Origin: Octopus vulgaris
Lineage: Eukaryota
Assembly (NCBI GenBank): GCA_951406725.2
Contig: OX597820.1
Span: 58,342,001-58,406,000 of the forward strand
DNA: 64,000 nt
Reading direction: 5' to 3'
Shown: positions 56,912 through 64,000 of the stretch, one piece after another
How positions within the stretch are numbered: the stretch's first letter is position 1
How the letters are laid out: each line of letters opens with the position of its first letter
Translations under genes and position numbers: made by a program
The notes under the pieces: generated by a model
The model's input: only the letters and a program-made list of their open reading frames with translations
The model's database searches: none
What the model was told of the DNA's origin: nothing

Positions 56912-58978
56912 TATTTCATAAAATTTGTCATCATAGACAGTACACAGAGTGTGTAGCTTTGCGGGCTGGACAAACACATTAATGAATGAAAATGAAATAG
57001 AATGAATAAATAAGAGACGAAACCCAACACCCGCCGATTGGATTTTTCTCGAAAACATATTTTCTTTTTTTAAAAATCAATATGAGGTTTCAAACCTCTT
57101 ACAAGAAGGAGGCACTAAAACCTCTTACTTAACATGTTTTTTTTTAAAACACACAATTGAGGTTATAAACCACTACAAATAATACAATAAGATGAGGTTT
57201 CAAACCCTATAACGAGGGTCTTTCACTCCTACTCTTCGATATAACCATCGATATATTCATCATTATCTTCAATGCCGCTTGATTTCCTGTATCCCACCAT
57301 TTCCCATGCCTCACTCATATAGGACATGTAAGTCGTGTAAGGGCCACCCGCCCATATGCGACACTCCTCCCCAAATCCTTTAAGCCTTTCCCACAGGGGA
57401 AACCTTATGACCTCCACAGCTATGTGCGGAGAACATTCGAGATCCCGTGTGAAGGGCATATCTACTGTCTCTTTATGTTCTTCTACTATTTTTCCACCTC
57501 CCCGCCCTTATAGAAAAAGATAATTAATTGATCATCTTTAAGGGTGGGGGTGGTTTCTTCTAGCGTGGGTGGCACAACTTCGGGACATGCAGACGGCACA
57601 TCATCTCCCCGCTGAGATGACCCGTTCTTCTTCCTTCTTTTTTTCTTTTCTTCCTGACTTCGGGAGAGTGGAGCTCTTCCGCTTTGTCCGGAGACGCTCC
57701 CCCGCCTCCCGAAGCCTTAGGTTCCTTCGGCGGGCAACAATAGTTGCCCGCCTTCTTCCTTTTTGATCTTTTTTCAGTTGCGGAGGCTGAAGCCTCCTCG
57801 ACCACATCCACCTCTCCCTTTGACCAGGTAGGGGAAGTGGCATCTAGTGACTGTTCCAGGACCTTACCATGGTCCTGGGAGCAGTTCCTTTTAATGTGGC
57901 CTGGCTGCAGGCACGAGTGACACTTGGGGGGACGTCCCTCAAGTATCACCGGATACCTGCTGCCAGCCATTTTCAAGAAATCTGGAAAAACCAGATCTGT
58001 TGCAGCCGATGGGGTCCACAGGGTCAAAATCGCTTTTGACCCTTCCCAATCGACCGCCGGCAATACCCTTACTATTAAGAGCCTGGGCCCGCCATCCCCC
58101 TGTCCCCGTCGGATGGTATCTTCAATCCAATCCGCTTCGGTGCTTGGGGGTAATCCACATACCCAGGCTCGTATTAATTTTCTTCCACAATATGACGGAA
58201 GGAACAGAATTTCCTTGCCTTCTAAAGGCTGACTCACAAACTGGCGAGCCTTTTCCCCGTTGTCAAACAGCAACCGTACGGTTGCATGTCTGACACCACG
58301 CGATATATATTTTAAAGAGGACAAATATTCTTTAAGTTCATTTTTTATTACTTGTTTTGGGAAGACGGTGATGGAATTAAGAACTTTAGAATAAGTTCTA
58401 AGTACCATCGTCTTCTCCTCCATATCTTTTAACCACTGCTTAGGCGGGTTAATTTCCCACTCTAAGACAGAGTTTTTCTTTTTAAGTTCCTTCTCTGCCA
58501 TGTCAAAAAACAGTTCAAAAGTAGTTCAAAAGACAGTCTGACAAAAAACTAAACCGAATGAAAATAAAACAAAATAAAAGAGGAGAGGAGGAAACTGAAA
58601 TTAAAGTAATGAAAAGAATGAACCAAAATTTAGAAAGAAAGAAAAAATAGAAGGGAAAAGTAAAAGAAAAACCTCACAAATAGCACAGACAGGGAATCCT
58701 TTGTATAATACTCCAAAAAGGTAATCCAAACAAGTAATCCAAATGGCTTATTCTTATTTTTCTGGCGAGATACGCCCAGTAGAATTTACAAAAAGAATTT
58801 TCAAGCAAAAATTCTCAATTCACCGTTACGGTGATGAGAACCCAGTATTTTGCTCGCTATAGCGAGCCATAATTGACAATTTTCCTTTTGTTCTTTTTTT
58901 CTATTCACGGAGTCGAAACTCACATCTTCTCACTGTAACAGTCCAGACCAACTAGTGTTGCATTCTGGTTAACCGGAA
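56912..58978 (-). mobile_element. ORF1-only L1/Tx1-like non-LTR element (~2.07 kb) with 15-bp target site duplication
   Basis: TSD gtaagc(t/a)agctactt at 56897-56911 and 58979-58993, splitting a SINE. The 5' end starts TTCCGGTT, a ~480-nt 5' UTR precedes the gag-like ORF, and the 3' end finishes at aataa(a). No EN or RT coding found. Confidence 0.82.
57560..58501 (-). CDS. LINE ORF1/gag-like nucleic-acid-binding protein (CCHC zinc knuckle)
   Basis: 313-aa ORF containing RYPVILEGRPPKCHSCLQPGHIKRNC (CX2CX4HX4C) followed by a basic low-complexity region. It probably continued to 57229 through two frameshifts (...GSSQRGDDVPSACPEVVPPTLEE...KIVEEHKETVDMPFTRDLE...). Confidence 0.85.
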   Translation of the reverse strand: MAEKELKKKNSVLEWEINPPKQWLKDMEEKTMVLRTYSKVLNSITVFPKQVIKNELKEYLSSLKYISRGVRHATVRLLFDNGEKARQFVSQPLEGKEILFLPSYCGRKLIRAWVCGLPPSTEADWIEDTIRRGQGDGGPRLLIVRVLPAVDWEGSKAILTLWTPSAATDLVFPDFLKMAGSRYPVILEGRPPKCHSCLQPGHIKRNCSQDHGKVLEQSLDATSPTWSKGEVDVVEEASASATEKRSKRKKAGNYCCPPKEPKASGGGGASPDKAEELHSPEVRKKRKKEGRRTGHLSGEMMCRLHVPKLCHPR

Positions 58979-60166
58979 GTAAGCAAGCTACTTACCACAC
59001 AGCCACTCCTACGCCTATAAATTCTTTCTAATATTGGCACAATGTCAGCAGATTTGTGGGGAAGTGGGAAAATCCATTACATCGACCCCAGTACTTGACT
59101 GGTACTTATTTTTCCGCCCCCGAAAGGTTCAAAGGCAGAATCACACCCTGTGGAATTTGAATTCAGAACGTAAATCGCCAGATGAATGACGCTAAGCATT
59201 TTCGCCGACGTGCAAATGATACTGCCAATTCACCACCTTATTAACCAATAAATTAATTTTAGGTTTGTTTCTGTCTTCTCATATTTGCCAGCAAAAGTTT
59301 TCAGCCGTTGCGTTAAATATTTCTTTCTTTAAGTTTACTAACATTTCATATCTCTTCTTAATATCTACCCCATAGCCACCACCGTTACCCACCTTTTCTC
59401 AAATTCTACTGAATTTACTTAATGAATATAATAGTAATATACTAGTTCGAGTATAATCTTTACTCTTTTACTCTTTTATTTGTTTCAGTCATTTGACTGC
59501 AGCCATGCTGGAGCACTGCCCTTAGTCGAGCAAATCGACCCCGGGACTTATTCTTTGGAAGCCTAGTACTTATTCTATCAGTCTCTTTTGCCGCTAAGTT
59601 ACTGGGGACGTAAACACACCAGCATCGGTTGTCAAGCGATGTTGGTGGGGGGGGGGGGGACAAATACAGACACACACACACACACATATATACATACATA
59701 CGATGGGCTTCTTTCAGTTTCCGTCTACCAAATCCACTCACAAGGCTTTGGTCGGCCCGATGTTATAGTAGAAGATACTTGTCCAAGGTGCCACGCAGTG
59801 GGACTGAACTCTTAACCATCTGGTTGGTAAGCAAGCTACTTACCACACTAGATTTTGCAATAAATTATGCACACAGTAAAAAAGAAAGAATGTAAATTGG
59901 AAAACCTATAGAATCATAGAACTACGGTCATGCTCGAGTACCGCTTCCAGGAGTTTTCAACAATCATATCAATTATCAATCCTGGTAATTATTTCAGTCT
60001 TGCGCTGATTTTTATTGATCTCTGTTTATCGAATGGTTAATTTAGCTTCTGAATATAACGGATGCATCTTAAATGGATACTGCTAGATGCACCGTTTTAC
60101 ATCAGCAGACCCACACACACAGACACACACAGACATACACACACACACACACACAGACACACACAG

Positions 60167-60208
<42 letters not shown>

Positions 60209-60316
60209 GAACACGCTTCCGCTCAGTTTCTATTACTAAAATCTCTCTTAGAAGGCAAGGTATTGGAGAACTCGAGGCGACAGAGGAGACTTTTTTCGAA
60301 CAATCCTGTCATTCAA

Positions 60317-60365
<49 letters not shown>

Positions 60366-62557
60366 TACATACATACATACATACATAGGTGGAGGCGCGT
60401 GGCTTAGTGGTTAGCACCATGATCGTAAGATTGTGGTTTCGATTCCTGGACCGGGCGGCGCGTTGTGTTCTTGAGCAAAACACTTCATTTCATGTTGCTC
60501 CAGTCCACTCAGCTGGCAAAAATGAGTAACGCTGCAATGGGCTGGCGTCCCGTCCAGCTGAGGAACACATACGCTATAGAAACCGGGAAACCGGGCCCAT
60601 GAGCATGGTTAGGCTTTAAAAGGACGCATTTATTTTTTGTGGAGGCTCATGGCCTAGTGGTTAGAGCAGCGGATTCGCCGTCGAGGGATCGCGGGTTCGA
60701 ATCTTAGACCGGGCGATGTGTGTGTTTATGAGCGACGCGGCTCCGGCAGAAGGTAATGGCGAACTTCTGCTGACTCTTTCCCCACAACTTTCTCTCACTC
60801 TTTCCTCCTGCATCTTGCAGCTCACCTGCGACGGACCGGCGTCCCATCCAGGTTGGAAACCTATACGTCAAGAAAACGGGAAAGCGGCCCTTATGAGCCA
60901 GGCATGGCTTGAGAAGGAAGGAAGGAAGGAAGGAAGGAATGAAGGAAGGAACACACAAACAAACAAACAAAAAAACAAACATGCATACATACATACATAC
61001 ATACACACACACACATATACATGTATGCATGTTCAAATGGTTAAAATAATTGCCTCACAACCACGATGTTCCTGTTTCGAACCCACAGTGTGGGATTTTG
61101 GGCAAATGTCATTCTCTAAAGGCCAATCATTTATCCATGCCTTAGCTGTAGTTTGGTCGACTGAAACAGTATAGAAAGACCGTCGGATTGAAAGCCCCTG
61201 TATTTCAAATATATATTTCTTTATTGCCCACAAGGGGCTAAACATAGAGGGGACAAACAAGGACAGACAAACGGATTAAGTCGATTACATCGATCCCAGA
61301 GCGAAACTGGTACTTTATTTATCGACCCCGAAAGGATGAAAGGTAAAGTCGACCTCGGCAGAATTTGAACTCAGAACGTAACGACAGACGAAATACCGCT
61401 AAGCATTTCGCCCGGCGCGCTAACAAGTCTGCCAACGCCGCCTTATTTCAAATATATAGTCGTGTCCACACACAGAGATTTCGAAGAGACAATGTGTGTG
61501 TGTGGAGTGGTCAGCTACTCATGCGCTAATTCAGTGCGCAGGTAATTCAGCTGACAGAACAAATGAAACCTCGTCGTAACTGACGGTGAACCATCCATTA
61601 AGATTTTAGAAAGTATTTTTGATACACTCACAAAAACATTCTTAAATTAAAAATCATTAAGTATATTTTTGAAATCTTTAAAAAACAGACTGATACAAAT
61701 CTTTTGTGTCATTCTAAGTTTTAAAGATTTTTTTTTACATAAAATTAATTTGTAATTTAAGAAAATCTTTCTTCAAATGTGTGTGTGTGCTCGCGCGCGC
61801 GAGCATGCGTCTGTGTGCGTGTCTGGGTGTTTGCGCGCGCGCATGCGTACGTGCCACTTTCTCACTAAAAAGAAATTGTCAAGGGAGATAACTTTCTATT
61901 TTGCTGCTTTTTATATTGTACTTGTTTCCCTTGCAACATTTTTATTGCAATAACGTAAATAATTATTTTCTACTCAACATAAGAGCATTTTCTCAAAGTT
62001 CAGCCGTATATCAGACGAGCTACAACAGAACCACTCCTGAGTTTCCTGTTAATCAATAAGTTTGAGGCATCAACAGGTTTTTCAAACTGGAGATGATTCT
62101 CATGACTTTAACCTCCTCAGCTCAACAGGAAGCCATAGTTGCATTCAACTCAAAAACAAGCAAAACACTCTTCGACAATATAGTCTTCTCGACACACTAA
62201 TAAAATATTTTAGTCCTGAATTTGGACAGTCGAGTGGTTAGATCAATAACCGTAAGTCTGAGAAATCGTATTTTGCTAGACTCATTGTTATGGATTTTAT
62301 ATGTATTATATTAATGCTTGGTTTTATGTTCAATTATAACTAAGAACAATTTTACATTAATCAGAGGCGTTCCACTATATTTTTGTAAAGTATAAATTTC
62401 TTCTTCTTAAACATGAATATTGACAGTGACTTCGAAGTTACGGCCAACTAAGCCATCATCGGACTGCCTACGATGGCTTAAGAATAGATAGATAGATAGA
62501 TAGATAGATATACATACATACATACATACATACATACATACATACATACATACATAC

Positions 62558-63437
62558 ACAAGGTGCAATGGGTAAATTGTCGCCGTTTTATATTTTTAAT
62601 TTCGTGTATGTGCATTGATTGCTTTTGATTCTGTCGACTACACAGTATTGTAGGGTCAGTTGGACACAGTTTCTGAGAAAGGCAGCATCATGACGCGATT
62701 CACTCTGCAAGAAATTCGGAAACGACATGCTCTACTGCTTGGCATTCGCGCCGGAAGCTCCCCCTATCAACAGATGGGGAACATAGAACATCCGTTGGCT
62801 TGCCGTGTCCTCAAAACATGTACCAAGAGTGATAAAAAACAAACATCCAGTCAACATCATGGTGTTTGGAGAGATCACTAATGATGGCGACGTTATGCCT
62901 CCATTCAACTTCCCACACGGCCTCAAACTCGACACGGAGGCCTACATCAAGTGCCTGGAGGAGGTAGCGCAGGCCTTGATCAAGAGGGTAGCTGCTGGAA
63001 GACCCTGGCAACACGACTCTGCACGATGCCACACAAGCAGGAGGACCCAGTCATGGCTGTCAGACAATTTTTGCGACCACATCGCCCCTGACATCTAGCC
63101 ACCAAACGCCCCAGACTGTAATGCCCTTGGTTATTATGTGTGGGGCACAACTGAGCGAGAGACCAACAAAACTCCTTGTAACACCAAAGATGAACTGAAG
63201 GCAAGGATTACAGCAGCATTCACCAACTTAAACAAGGAGACCGTTCAGAAGAGTTGCAGGAAATTCTGAAATCGCCTGGAGGCCATGGTTGAAGCCAATG
63301 GCGATTTTATTGAAAAAATTTACTCTTCAGTATTTCAAGATATTTTTATGTAATATTGGTAAATATATCTATTAAAATGAGATGTCATTGTTATTTTCAT
63401 TTTTGCGTAATTTAGACGACAATATATTCACCACATC

Positions 63438-63440
<3 letters not shown>
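62558..63440 (+). mobile_element. Tc1/mariner superfamily DD37D (maT/mori-type) transposon, internally deleted
   Basis: Frame IMVFGEITNDGDVMPPFNFPHGLKLDTEAYIKCLEEV...WQHDSARCHTSRRTQSWL...*PPNAPDCNAL(G)YYVWG, with 37 residues between the second and the mutated third Asp. Degenerate TIRs caaggtgcaatgggtaaattgtcg and cgacaatatattcaccacatcctg; deletion near 62762. Confidence 0.88.
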
Positions 63441-63485
<45 letters not shown>

Positions 63486-63931
63486 GTACGTATGTATGTA
63501 TGTATGTATGTATGTATGTATGTATGTATGTATGTATGTATGTATGTATGTATGTATATATGTATGTATATATGTATGTATGTATTATGTATGTACGTAT
63601 GTATGTATGTATGTATGTATAATATGGAAGAATAGGTGCATTGAACAAAAAGATTTTTTGTGATATTTGGTTGAATATGACACCCACTCAACTTTGCCTT
63701 TCTTTCTCGATAACATAAAGTAAATATCAGCAAAATTAATTGTGATCAATACAATCGACCAAAACGTTTGAAGGCATGGCCGCAACCCCACAACTGAAAC
63801 TCTAAAAGGATTTTTATTAAATATTTGAATACTACACAAAAGAAATGGGAAGAAAAGAAAAGAAAAGAAAAGTTCAGTGTAAGTAGAATTAAGAAATCTG
63901 CTTAGGATGTTAATGATGTCATAAGATTTAC

Positions 63932-64000
63932 CTCTAAAGGTGTACTGCTGAACGAGAGATCTGTATATCCCACAATATCACTGAAGAACACTGATACACA
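63932..64000 (-). CDS. Receptor-type guanylyl cyclase, catalytic-domain exon (5' part runs off the window)
   Basis: Minus strand reads CVSVFFSDIVGYTDLSFSSTPLE, the class III cyclase SDIVG motif with the first metal-binding Asp, and ends at a phase-0 donor GAG|GTAAAT. Confidence 0.93.

Overview
This is AT-rich, microsatellite- and SINE-dense eukaryotic DNA; the repeat landscape resembles an Octopus/coleoid cephalopod genome (inference). One host gene is clear: a minus-strand receptor-type (NPR/GC-A/B-like) guanylyl cyclase. Three cyclase-domain exons are visible (63932-64000 cut by the window edge, 41959-42027, 35343-35517), separated by ~22 kb and ~6.4 kb introns. I could not find the expected next exon (GVVGxxMPRYCLFGDTVN) in the remaining 35 kb; a set of phase-compatible candidate exons lies there instead. 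The introns hold deleted mariner and DD37D (maT) transposons, an R4/Dong-like fragment, RTE and CR1 fragments, Helitron-like elements ending in long palindromes, Penelope-type short elements with minimal hammerhead ribozyme cores, many tRNA-derived SINEs, and a TSD-flanked ORF1-only (half-LINE) retroelement. Almost all entries in the ORF track are microsatellite or SINE noise. All comparisons were made by eye; no database searches were run.
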